The position numbers and the translations under genes were made by a program. Source: an uncultured Anaeromyxobacter sp. (GTDB lineage: Bacteria; Myxococcota; Myxococcia; Myxococcales; Anaeromyxobacteraceae). From it: a stretch of DNA of 64,000 bases. Under the pieces are notes generated by a model. The model was given only the letters and a program-made list of their open reading frames with translations. It was not told the DNA's origin and made no database searches. The stretch is from contig CAIVAR010000185.1 of the NCBI GenBank assembly GCA_903904005.1, forward strand, positions 17,052-81,051, written 5' to 3'. Positions 39,312-53,186 of this stretch are shown here, piece by piece (the stretch's first letter is position 1; every line of letters starts with the position of its first letter).

Positions 39312-40960
39312 GGACGGGGGCGCTTCACCGGCCGCGCCTTCTCCTCCCGGACCAGGTCGATCCGGACGCCGGGCATCTTGGGATCGGGGCGTCGGGCCTT
39401 GGCCTCGAACGCCGCGGCGGCGTCGGCCGCCACCTCGAAGCGGGTCTCGCGCGGGAAGATCAGGATCTTCCCGATCTCGCTCCGGGTCACGTCACCGCGT
39501 CGGCAGAGCAGCGGGAGCATCCACTTTGGATCGGCGTTCTTCTCCCGCCCGATCCCGATCCGGAACCAGACGGCCTCCATCGGCCCGGAGCGCTTGGTCC
39601 GGACGGGCGACTCGGCGCGCGGCACCTGCCTCGCGACCCGGGCGGTCTCGGGGAGCTCCTCGGCTGCGGGGAGGCGGGCCCGCTCGCGCCGGAGCAGCGC
39701 CGCCGCGACCGTGAGGGGGGCGCGCGCTTCGAGCAGCCGCTTGGCCGCGGCCAGCTCCTCCTCGGAGGCCTCCCCGGCCAGCGTGGCCACGTCGGCGGCC
39801 AGCCGCTCCTCGTCGCGGGCCCGGATCTCCTCGGCCGTGGGCACGGGCAGCCATTCGGCCTTGGCTCCGGCCATCTTGAGCATCCGCTCCATCTTGAAGC
39901 GCTCGGCAGGGGTGGCGAGGAACACCGCGCGCCCCTTCTTCCCGGCGCGTCCGGTGCGCCCGCTGCGGTGCTGCAGCGCCTGCGCGTCGCGCGGGATGTC
40001 GGCGTGGACCACGAGCTCGATTCCGGGCAGGTCGAGGCCGCGTGCGGCGACGTCGGTGGCAACCAGGATGCGTGCCCGCCCGTCGCGCAGGAGCTTCAGC
40101 GCCCGGGTCCGCTCCCCCTGCGTCAGGTCGCCGGCGATGCCCACCGCCTCGAAGCCGCGCTCGGAGAGGCTCGAGGCCATGTGGTGGGCCCCCTCGCGCG
40201 TCGCGCAGAAGACCAGCGCCCGGGCCGGGTCCTGCGCCCGCAGCACGTTCACGAGCGCGTGCTCCCGCTCCCGCTGGGCCACCACGTGGCCGTGGAGCGC
40301 GATGTCGGCGTGGGCCTCGCCGGGCGGCGTGGCGGCGACGCGGGCGGCATCGTGGGTGTAAGCCTTGGCCAGTTCCAGGATCGGGCGCGGCAGCGTGGCC
40401 GAGAAGAGCATGGTGCGCCGCTCGCCGGGCGCGGCCCCGAGGATGGCCTCGAGCTCCTCCCGGAATCCCATGTCGAGCATCTCGTCGGCCTCGTCGAGCA
40501 CGAGGGCCCGGACGTCCGAGAGGTCGAGGTTCTTCCGGTCGATGTGGTCGCGGAGCCGCCCGGGCGTCCCCACCACCACGTGGGTCCCGGCGGCGAGCGC
40601 CCGGGCCTCGCGGCGCGGCTCCATCCCGCCCACCGTGGAGAGGACGCGCCCACCGGCGTCGCCGAGGAGCCAGGAGAGCTCCCGCTGAACCTGCACGGCG
40701 AGCTCGCGGGTGGGGGCGATGACGAGCGCCAGCGGCGCCCCCGCCGGGCCGAAGGCCGGGGCCTCCCCGAGCAGGGTGTCGGCGAGGAGCAGCCCGAAGG
40801 CCACGGTCTTGCCCGAGCCGGTGCGGGAGGAGACGAGCAGGTCCCGGCCGGCGAGCCCCTCGGCGAGGACCTCCCGCTGCACCGGGGTGGGCTCGTCGTA
40901 GCCACGGGCGTCGAGGGTGCGTCGGAGGGCCGGGTGGATGCCGAGGGTCGCGAAGCTCAT
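39308..40960 (-). CDS. DEAD-box ATP-dependent RNA helicase with DbpA-type C-terminal RNA-binding domain
   Basis: Start trimmed to MSFATLGI. Q-motif PTPVQ, Walker A SRTGSGKT, DEAD (LDEADEMLD), SAT and HRSGRTGRAG. The C-terminal WFRIGIGREKNADPKWMLPLLCRRGDV is DbpA-like. Confidence 0.9.
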   Translation of the reverse strand: MSFATLGIHPALRRTLDARGYDEPTPVQREVLAEGLAGRDLLVSSRTGSGKTVAFGLLLADTLLGEAPAFGPAGAPLALVIAPTRELAVQVQRELSWLLGDAGGRVLSTVGGMEPRREARALAAGTHVVVGTPGRLRDHIDRKNLDLSDVRALVLDEADEMLDMGFREELEAILGAAPGERRTMLFSATLPRPILELAKAYTHDAARVAATPPGEAHADIALHGHVVAQREREHALVNVLRAQDPARALVFCATREGAHHMASSLSERGFEAVGIAGDLTQGERTRALKLLRDGRARILVATDVAARGLDLPGIELVVHADIPRDAQALQHRSGRTGRAGKKGRAVFLATPAERFKMERMLKMAGAKAEWLPVPTAEEIRARDEERLAADVATLAGEASEEELAAAKRLLEARAPLTVAAALLRRERARLPAAEELPETARVARQVPRAESPVRTKRSGPMEAVWFRIGIGREKNADPKWMLPLLCRRGDVTRSEIGKILIFPRETRFEVAADAAAAFEAKARRPDPKMPGVRIDLVREEKARPVKRPRP

Positions 40961-40971
40961 GACCGAATCTA

Positions 40972-42963
<1,992 letters not shown>

Positions 42964-43028
42964 GCGGTTCACACTTCTTCACCCAGGATCCCTGCGGAGG
43001 CAAGGGGGGGCACGACTATGATGCGCCG

Positions 43029-43733
43029 GTGTCCACCGACCCAGTCCTCACCGCGCTCCTCGTCGAGGACGACGCCCGGCTGGCCGCGCTCACCGCGGAC
43101 TACCTGGGGGGCCACGGCGTGGTGGTGACCCGGGCCGGGGACGGCCCGGCCGGGCTGCAGGAGGCGCTCCGCCACCGCTACGACGTGGTGCTCCTCGACC
43201 TCATGCTCCCCGGGAAGGACGGCCTCGACGTCTGCCGGGAGCTGCGTGCCCACTCCGACGTCCCCGTCATCGTGCTGACCGCGCGTGGCGAGGAGGCCGA
43301 CCGGGTCATGGGGCTCGACCTGGGGGCCGACGACTACCTCTCGAAGCCCTTCTCCCCGCGGGAACTCCTGGCCCGGATCCGGGCGCTCGTCCGCCGCGCC
43401 CGGGGGAAGGTGGGGCCGCCGATCCAGACGCTCCAGGTGGGCGTCCTGATCCTCGATCCGGGCTCGCGCCGCGCCACCGTCCGCGGACAGGAGATCCCGC
43501 TCACCGGCTACGAGTTCTCGCTGCTCTATGCGCTGGCGTCACGGGCCGGGCGGGTGCTCTCCCGGGAGCAACTCATCGAACTCGCCGGGGGGAGCGCCGA
43601 GGAGGCCTTCGACCGGTCGGTCGACGTCCACGTCTCCCGCCTCCGGCAGAAGCTCGGCGACGATTCCAAGAACCCCCGGATGCTGAAGACGGTCCGCGGT
43701 GCCGGGTACCTGCTCGCCGCGGAGCCGGAATGA
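43029..43733 (+). CDS. OmpR-family response regulator
   Basis: Receiver domain (LLVEDD...VLLDLMLPGKDG...KPF) plus winged-helix output (LTGYEFSLLYALASRAG...VRGAGYLL). GTG start. Confidence 0.9.
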   Translation: MSTDPVLTALLVEDDARLAALTADYLGGHGVVVTRAGDGPAGLQEALRHRYDVVLLDLMLPGKDGLDVCRELRAHSDVPVIVLTARGEEADRVMGLDLGADDYLSKPFSPRELLARIRALVRRARGKVGPPIQTLQVGVLILDPGSRRATVRGQEIPLTGYEFSLLYALASRAGRVLSREQLIELAGGSAEEAFDRSVDVHVSRLRQKLGDDSKNPRMLKTVRGAGYLLAAEPE

Positions 43734-45076
43734 GCCGCTTCCGCCTGCGGCAGCCGCGCCTCTTCTGGCGTCTCTACCTGGCCGGGCTGGCGCTCCTCGG
43801 GCTGGTGCTCGTCGCCAACATCGTCGTGGGCTCGCTCACGAGCTCGAGCGACAGGCCGGTGCGAAGCGGCGAGAAGCTCACCCGGTTCGCGGCCGGCCAC
43901 ATCGCCGAGCACCGGACCGAACCCGACCGCATCACCGCCGAGCTGCGCCAGATGGCCGACGCCTTCAAGGTCGACATGGCCTACCGGCTCGACGACGGGA
44001 TGGTCGTGGCCAGCGTGGGCGACCCGCCGCCGCTCCCGGAGGCGGAGCGCGCCCAGCTCGACGCCGGCATCCGTCGCTTCGAGGAGGACGACCACCCGGT
44101 CTGGGCCATCCGGGTGCCCGGCAGTCCGCCCGGATACCTGGTGGTGGCCTCGTCGCCCCGCGCCTTCCCGGTGGAGCGCGCGGCCGCCTTCATCTCCGCC
44201 TGGCTCTTCGTGCTGGCGCTGGCCGCCTTCCCGCTGGCCCGGGCACTCGCCCGGCCCATGGAGCGGCTCACCGAGGTGGCCCGCCGGCTCGGCGCCGGGG
44301 ACCTGTCCGCGCGCGCCGGACTCCGCCGGGGCGACGAGGTGGGGGAGCTCTCCTCGGCCTTCGACGACATGGCCTCCCGGCTCCAGGGGCTCGTCAAGTC
44401 GGAGCGGCAGCTCCTCGCCGACGTCTCCCACGAGCTGCGCACGCCGCTCTCCCGGATCCGGGTGGCGCTCGACCTCGCGGCCGAGGGGGACGTGGCGAAG
44501 GCCCGCAGGTACCTGGAGGAGATCCGGCTCGACCTGGAGGAGCTCGACCAGTTGCTCGGGGACGTCCTCACCGCGGCCCGGCTCGACCAGGCCGGCGGCC
44601 GCGGCGACGTCCCGCTGCGGCTGCAGGAGGTCACCTCCGCAAGCGTCCTCGAGAAGGCCGCCGAGCGGTTCCGGGGGGCCCATCCCGGTCGGGTGCTCAC
44701 CGTGCAGTTCGAGGGGACGCTCCCGCCGCTCGTGGCCGATCCGGCGATGCTCCGGCGGGTCGTCGACAACCTCCTCGACAACGCGGCCAAGTACTCGGAG
44801 GCGCCGGCCCCCGTGGGGCTCGTCGCGGGGGTCTCGGACGGCATGCTCCAGGTCGCCGTCCGGGACGAGGGGATCGGCATCGACCCGCAGGACTTCCCGC
44901 GCCTCTTCTCCCCGTTCTTCCGGACCGACCGGAGCCGGGCGCGCGGCACGGGCGGGGTCGGGCTGGGGATGGCGCTCGCCAAGCGGATCGTCGAGGCCCA
45001 CGGCGGGACGATCGAGGTGGAGAGCCGGCCGGGGCTGGGGACGACGGTGACCTTCCGGGTGCCCGGCGAGCCGTAG
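43730..45076 (+). CDS. Sensor histidine kinase (2 TM, HAMP, HisKA, HATPase_c)
   Basis: ATGA overlap with the regulator. H-box VSHELRTPLSRI, N-box DNLLDNAAKY, and G-boxes DEGIGI and GGVGLGMALA. Confidence 0.9.
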   Translation: MSRFRLRQPRLFWRLYLAGLALLGLVLVANIVVGSLTSSSDRPVRSGEKLTRFAAGHIAEHRTEPDRITAELRQMADAFKVDMAYRLDDGMVVASVGDPPPLPEAERAQLDAGIRRFEEDDHPVWAIRVPGSPPGYLVVASSPRAFPVERAAAFISAWLFVLALAAFPLARALARPMERLTEVARRLGAGDLSARAGLRRGDEVGELSSAFDDMASRLQGLVKSERQLLADVSHELRTPLSRIRVALDLAAEGDVAKARRYLEEIRLDLEELDQLLGDVLTAARLDQAGGRGDVPLRLQEVTSASVLEKAAERFRGAHPGRVLTVQFEGTLPPLVADPAMLRRVVDNLLDNAAKYSEAPAPVGLVAGVSDGMLQVAVRDEGIGIDPQDFPRLFSPFFRTDRSRARGTGGVGLGMALAKRIVEAHGGTIEVESRPGLGTTVTFRVPGEP

Positions 45077-45100
45077 GCGGTGCGGGGGCGACCGCCCGGC

Positions 45101-45565
45101 CTACCAGACCTCGCCGCAGTTCCTGCAGCGCGCCTTGCGGAAGAGGAAATCGTTCCCCCGGTTCGTCGGGACCTGACAGGCCGGGCAGACCAGGCCGAAC
45201 CAGGCGATCGCCCCCGGACGCCCCAGCGTCACCGAGGTGACGGCGAGGGGGAGCACGAGCCCGAACGCGAGGGCCGCCGCCCAGGTCCAGGGGATCTCCT
45301 TCCGCCAGAGCCCCATGCCCATGCTCATGAGGACCATGGCCGAGAGGAAGAGCGTGAGGTAGCGCCCCCAGAGCCAGGCGAGCCGGTAGCCCCGGGCGAT
45401 TCCCCAGACGAGGACCGCCATCACCGCGGCGGCGAAGATCCACTGGGCGAAGCCGACGTTGGACGAGGCCGAGACCACGAGCGCGAAGCCCGCCTGCACC
45501 GAGGCGGCGAGCAGCAGGGAGAGCGAGGCGACGTGGACGCTGCGGGGCGCCTTCCGTGCGGACAA
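45101..45565 (-). CDS. Hypothetical 4-TM membrane protein with C-terminal CxxC...CxxC zinc-ribbon
   Basis: Hydrophobic segments followed by CPACQVPTNRGNDFLFRKARCRNCGEVW. The TTG start lies 1 nt after the pruA stop, so the exact start is uncertain. Confidence 0.55.
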   Translation of the reverse strand: MSARKAPRSVHVASLSLLLAASVQAGFALVVSASSNVGFAQWIFAAAVMAVLVWGIARGYRLAWLWGRYLTLFLSAMVLMSMGMGLWRKEIPWTWAAALAFGLVLPLAVTSVTLGRPGAIAWFGLVCPACQVPTNRGNDFLFRKARCRNCGEVW

Positions 45566-45566
45566 G

Positions 45567-47198
<1,632 letters not shown>

Positions 47199-47338
47199 GG
47201 GCCCTCTGCTGGCGCCGGAGGATAACTCCGAACGGGGCCCCGGGCTCGCCCAAGCGGGCCCCCATGCACTAATCTGCGCGCCAGACCGGGTCCGCGCCCG
47301 AACCGGCGCGCCACCCACTTCCGAGAGGACCGAACCCC

Positions 47339-47614
47339 ATGAACAAGACCCGCATCCTGGCTGCCCTGGCCGCCATCGCCTTTGCCTCGAGCGCGCTCGC
47401 CTACCAGGTGACCGGCGAGGTCGTGGCCGTCTCCGCCACCGGCATCACGGTGAAGGCCGCTGCCGGGAAGAACAAGGGCGAGAGCTTCGAGATGACCCGC
47501 TCGGCCGCCACCAAGGCCGCCACCGAGCCGAAGAAGGGCGACAAGGTTACCGTGGAGTACGAGATCGCCGCGAAGTCGATCGAGGTGAAGGCCGACAAGA
47601 AGGCGAAGAAGTAG
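47339..47614 (+). CDS. Small secreted Lys-rich protein, hypothetical
   Basis: Signal peptide MNKTRILAALAAIAFASSALA-YQV, followed by a small beta-rich, charged mature region ending KADKKAKK. Confidence 0.6.
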   Translation: MNKTRILAALAAIAFASSALAYQVTGEVVAVSATGITVKAAAGKNKGESFEMTRSAATKAATEPKKGDKVTVEYEIAAKSIEVKADKKAKK

Positions 47615-47627
47615 CGGACCCCTCGCG

Positions 47628-49003
<1,376 letters not shown>

Positions 49004-49007
<4 letters not shown>

Positions 49008-50299
49008 GCCGCCACCTCGCCGGCCAGGCCGGAGGGGAGGGTGAGCTCGGCCCGCAGGCCGCCGCCGTCCCGCGGGGCGAGCCGGAGCTCGCCCCCGTGC
49101 TGCCGCGCGATGGCGCGGGCCACGGTGAGGCCGAGCCCGGAGCCGCCGGCCTTGGTCGTCACGCCGGGCTCGAAGACCCGGCCGCCCAGGGCGGGGTCGA
49201 GCCCCGGCCCCCGGTCGAGCACCGCGAGCCGCGCCGTCTCCGCCCCGTCCTGCACGTCGATGACCACCGACTCGCCCGGGGGTGTCACGTCGAGCGCGTT
49301 CTGGACCAGGTTGATGAGCACCTGCTTCACCTTGCGGGGATCGCAGCGGGCCCGGCCCCCGCCCTGCACCTCGACGGCCACGCCCAGGTCGCGCGCCATC
49401 CCCTCGTGCAGCATGGCCACCTCGCGGGCGATGGCGCCCACGTCGGCGCTGCCGAGCGCCAGCGGGACGAGCGGGCGGGAGAAGTTCAGGAACTCGTCGA
49501 GGATGGCCTGGAGCCGGTCGACCTCGCGCCGCAGCACCGAGAGCCGCTCGGCGGACCGCGGATCGACGACGGCCGGGGCGAGCCGCGCGGCGAGCCCCTT
49601 CACGCTGGCGAGCGGGTTCTTGAGCTCGTGGGCGATCTCCGCCGACAGGGCCGAGAGCTCCGCCTCCCGCTCCTGCCAGGCGCGGAGCGAGTCGGCCTGG
49701 GCGGCGAGGGCCCGGCGCACCATGCCATCGAAGGTCTTGCGGATGACCCGGCCCAGGCCGGCGCCGCCGATGAGGAGGAAGGTGAGGACGCCCCAGTCGA
49801 CGAGCACCGAGAGCCGCGACGCCTGCCCCAGCACCGGCAGCCCCACCTGCGAGTCGGCGGAGAGCCCCAGGAGGGCGAAGCCGGCCGCCACCAGCACCTG
49901 GAAGGCGGTGAGGGCGACGATCACCGGGGGCTCGAGGAAGAAGCCGAGGATGATGGCGAGCACCGGCAGCACGAAGACCACCGGGCTGCCCAGGCCGCCC
50001 GTCCCGAGCGCCATGCAGGCCGAGACCACGGCGGCCACGGCCAGGTTGAGCCAGATGGAGAGCCGCTCGATGCCGAGCCGCCGCGCCCGCACCGCCTCGA
50101 CGGCGAAGAAGCCGACGGCGAGCACCGAGACGGCGCCCACGAGCCAGGTTCTCCAGGGGCGCGGGTCGGTCCAGGCCAGCGCGATGGCGAGCATCATCAT
50201 GATCGGGACGAAGAACAGCCGGATCCCGACGGCGCGGCCGAAGAGCCGGTTCAGCTCCTGGCGCTGGATGTCGGTGAAGCCGTGGGGAGGGCTCTTCAT
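49004..50299 (-). CDS. Membrane sensor histidine kinase (multi-TM N-terminus, HisKA, HATPase_c)
   Basis: Trimmed from the 979-aa ORF to MKSPPHGFTDIQ (ATG 50299). H-box IAHELKNPL, N-box NLVQNALDV and G-box GGSGLGL. The stop overlaps the regulator start. Confidence 0.85.
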
Positions 50300-50370
50300 G
50301 CCGTGGCTCTTGCCGTCGCGCCGGAGCTTACGCCGGCCGCCGGAGGAGCGCACGCCGAGCCCGAGGAGGC

Positions 50371-51705
50371 TCACGGGGAACGCCCCACGGCCCGGTCGAG
50401 GGCGGCGAGCGATCCGCCCAGCCGGGCGCTGGCGTTCGCGACCTGGATCTCCGACCCGTACAGGGCGTCGTTGGCGGAGAGCACGTCGAGGCTGGAGGTG
50501 ATCCCCTCGCCGAAGCCGCGCCGCGCCGACGCCGCGGCCGACGAGGCGGTCTCCCGCTCCTGCCGTGCGAGCCGGAGCCGCTGACGCGCCACCTCGACGT
50601 CGCGCGCCGCGTTCTGCACCTCCTGGAGGACCTGGAGCCGGGTCCCGGTCTCGGCGGCACGGGCCTCGGAGGCCTGGGCCGCGGCCTGGTCGGCCTTCCC
50701 GTACCGGAGCCCGCCGTCGTACAGGGTCCAGGTGAGATCGACCGAGACGCGCCACCCGCCCTTGTCGCCGGTGGGGAAGGGCACGGTCTGTCCCTGGGCG
50801 CCGCCCGAGGCGGAGAGCTGGGGCGCCAGCCGCCACATCGCGGCGCTCTGCTGCTTCTCGTAGGCGCGCACCACCGCGGCCGAGGCGCGCAGCTCCGGGC
50901 GGGCGTCGAGCGCCTCCCGGAAGAGGGACTCGACGTCGTAGTCGGCCGCCGTGGGCATGGGCGGCATGGTGATGCTCACCGGGTCGGGGCGCCCGAGGAG
51001 GACGCCGACCGCGATGCGGGCGCGGGAGCGCTCGGACCGGGCCGCGACGAGGTCGCTCTCCCGCCGGATGGCGGAGGTCTCGGCCTGGAGGACCGCGAGC
51101 GGGGTTCCCGTCCCCGCCCCGAGCATCCGGCGCGCGGCGTCGGCCTGGGAGCGTGCCGAGGCGACGGCGCGCTCGGAGGCGGCCACCACCTCGTCGCCGG
51201 CCCAGGCCGTCCACGCCGATTGCACGAGCGCTGCGCGGACGGTGAGCCGGGTGGCGCTGCTCGCCTCGGCGGCGGCGAGGGCGGAGTCGCGGGCCGCGGC
51301 CACCGAGAACCACGCCTCCGGAACGACGAGCGGTACCCGGAGTGCGGCCGACCCGTACCAGGCGTCGAGGGGCTGGATGTAGATCGGTTCGAAGGTGGTG
51401 GGCGTGACCGGACGCAGGAAGACCGCATCGGCGTTGTTGTGGAAGTAGCCTCCGCCCACCGAGAGGTTCGGCAGGAGCGGCGCGGCCGCCTGCCTCACCA
51501 CCCCGAGCGCGGCGGCGGCCCGGCTCCGGGCCTCCTCGAGGGTGGGGTTCTGCCGGTCGAGCTCGGCGAGCGCATCGGCGAGGCTCATCGAGGTCACCCT
51601 GGGCATCCCCTTCAGGAGAGGCGGGTCGGCCACCGGGGCGGGGGCCGGGGGCGCGTCCGGGGCGGCGGCGACGAGGAGGGCGAGGGCAGCGGCGAGGGCG
51701 GTCAT
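50371..51705 (-). CDS. TolC-family outer-membrane efflux protein
   Basis: Signal-like MTALAAALALLVAAAP. Two OEP repeats with characteristic coiled segments (LSLADALAELDRQNPTLEEARSR...; ...LDVLSANDALYGSEIQVANA). Confidence 0.85.
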   Translation of the reverse strand: MTALAAALALLVAAAPDAPPAPAPVADPPLLKGMPRVTSMSLADALAELDRQNPTLEEARSRAAAALGVVRQAAAPLLPNLSVGGGYFHNNADAVFLRPVTPTTFEPIYIQPLDAWYGSAALRVPLVVPEAWFSVAAARDSALAAAEASSATRLTVRAALVQSAWTAWAGDEVVAASERAVASARSQADAARRMLGAGTGTPLAVLQAETSAIRRESDLVAARSERSRARIAVGVLLGRPDPVSITMPPMPTAADYDVESLFREALDARPELRASAAVVRAYEKQQSAAMWRLAPQLSASGGAQGQTVPFPTGDKGGWRVSVDLTWTLYDGGLRYGKADQAAAQASEARAAETGTRLQVLQEVQNAARDVEVARQRLRLARQERETASSAAASARRGFGEGITSSLDVLSANDALYGSEIQVANASARLGGSLAALDRAVGRSP

Positions 51706-51906
51706 GCCCTCCGCGGCAGCAAGGAAGATGCCGTCCGGCCGGGTCGGCCCGGCCCCCCCGTTCCCGTGAGGGGAGCGCGTGCCGGAGGCCGGGAAAGGGG
51801 CCCGCCCTGTACGCTTGGCCGAACGGGGCGTCGGATGTCCTTACAGGGCGGGGCGCAGGTGCCGCGCCCGCGGCGGGATCCGGGGCTCCGGCCGGTCCCG
51901 TTCCTC

Positions 51907-51921
51907 GGCACGCTCCTCGCA
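51907..51921 (+). promoter_or_regulatory. Candidate sigma-54 (-24/-12) promoter upstream of the HlyD/ABC efflux operon
   Basis: cGGCACG-CTCC-TcGCA against the consensus TGGCACG-N4-TTGCW, with correct GG-N10-GC spacing. The -12 element is 46 nt upstream of the hlyD-like ATG. An NtrC-type regulator is encoded next to the divergent tolC gene. Confidence 0.35.
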
Positions 51922-51966
51922 CCTGACCCGGCGGGCCCGCCATGAGCGCGGGCGAGGAGCCGCCGC

Positions 51967-53004
51967 ATGCGTCGCATCGCCGTCGTGGTCACCGTCGTCG
52001 TCCTGATCCTTGTCTCCCTGCTGGGGGTGCGCCTCTGGGTACAGGCGCGTGCGCGGAACGCCCCTCCCGGAGGGTCGGGGGAGATCGAGGGGACCACGGT
52101 CGACGTGTCGGCGCGGATCTCCGCCCGGGTGCTCAAGCTGGTCGCCGTGAAGGGGCGGCCGGTGAAGGCCGGCGACGTGCTCGTCGAGCTCGACTGCGCC
52201 GACCAGGGAGCCGCGCTGGCCGAGGCCGAGGCCCGCCTCGTCGCGGCCCGGGCGCAGGCGACGGCCGCCGAGGCCAACGTCGACGCCACGCGCCGGAGCC
52301 GCGAGGCCGCCGCCGCGTCGGAGATGGCCGCCCGGGCCCAGGTCCAGGCACTTGCCGCCCAGCGCGACGCCGCGCGGCGCGAGGCGACCCGGCTCGAGTC
52401 GCTGCCGGAGGACGTCTCCGTCTCCGCGCGCGACCGCGCCCGCAGCGGCGCCGACCAGCTCACCGCCCAGACCCAGGCCGCCGAGGCCCAGGCCCGCGCC
52501 AGCGCCGAGCAGTCGCGCGCCTCGGCCCTCGCCATCCAGGCCTCCAGCGCCCAGGCCAGCTCCAGCGTCGCCAGCGTGAAGGCCTCCGGCCAGGCCGCCC
52601 GGCGCAGCCAGCTGCTCGCCGAGGAGTGCGTGCTGCGCGCCCCGCGGGACGCCATGCTCGACGACCTGCCCCACGAGGTGGGGGAGCTCGTGGGAGCGGG
52701 GCAGCCGCTGGCGCGGCTCGTCGACATCTCCGAGGTGAAGGCCACCTTCTACCTGCCCAACGCCGAGATCGGCGCGGCGCGCCCGGGCGGCAAGGCCACC
52801 GTGGTGGCCGACGCCTTCCCCGACCGGAAGTTCGAGGGCACCGTGGCCTCGGTCTCGTCCAAGGCCGAATTCACCCCGCGCAACATCCAGACCCGCTCCG
52901 ACCGCGACCGGCTCGTCTACCCCGTCGAGGTCCGGCTGAAGAACCCCGACGGCCTCCTGCGCCCCGGGATGCCGGTGCAGGTCACGCTGTCCCGGGAGAA
53001 CTAG
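51967..53004 (+). CDS. HlyD-family membrane fusion (periplasmic adaptor) protein
   Basis: N-terminal TM, a barrel-sandwich motif (VKAGDVLVELD), a long Ala/Gln-rich coiled hairpin, and the C-terminal LRPGMPVQV. Confidence 0.85.
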   Translation: MRRIAVVVTVVVLILVSLLGVRLWVQARARNAPPGGSGEIEGTTVDVSARISARVLKLVAVKGRPVKAGDVLVELDCADQGAALAEAEARLVAARAQATAAEANVDATRRSREAAAASEMAARAQVQALAAQRDAARREATRLESLPEDVSVSARDRARSGADQLTAQTQAAEAQARASAEQSRASALAIQASSAQASSSVASVKASGQAARRSQLLAEECVLRAPRDAMLDDLPHEVGELVGAGQPLARLVDISEVKATFYLPNAEIGAARPGGKATVVADAFPDRKFEGTVASVSSKAEFTPRNIQTRSDRDRLVYPVEVRLKNPDGLLRPGMPVQVTLSREN

Positions 53005-53007
53005 TAA

Positions 53008-53184
53008 GTGCCCCGGCCCAGGCAAGGTGACGACTGCGTGCGCCGATCCTCTCGCTGCGGCGGGCGGCCTCGTCGGTGCGCTGCTCGACGTAGCGCTGCT
53101 ACGCCTGCGCTGCTCGCTCCTCGGGCGCCCGCCTCGCGTCGGTCTCGGCGCCCTCGTCAAGTCCCCCTGCCTGGGTCGGGGCAC
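53008..53184. repeat. 177-nt intergenic palindromic element with 20-nt terminal inverted repeats (18/20 complementary) and an apical GCGCTGCT x3 direct repeat
   Basis: Left arm gtgccccggcccaggcaagg (53008..53027). The right arm ccctgcctgggtcggggcac (53165..53184) has reverse complement gtgccccgacccaggcaggg. Further imperfect pairing extends inward (tgacga/gcgccga with tcggcgc/tcgtca). The right arm ends 2 nt before the ABC ATPase ATG. Confidence 0.6.
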
Positions 53185-53186
53185 TG

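Noticed and set aside
50300-51943. N-terminal ~550 codons of the 979-aa ORF 49004..51943 (-)
   Set aside because: This part is R/P/G-rich and overlaps the TolC-family gene (50371..51705) in another frame. The kinase was trimmed to ATG 50299, where the TM segments begin.
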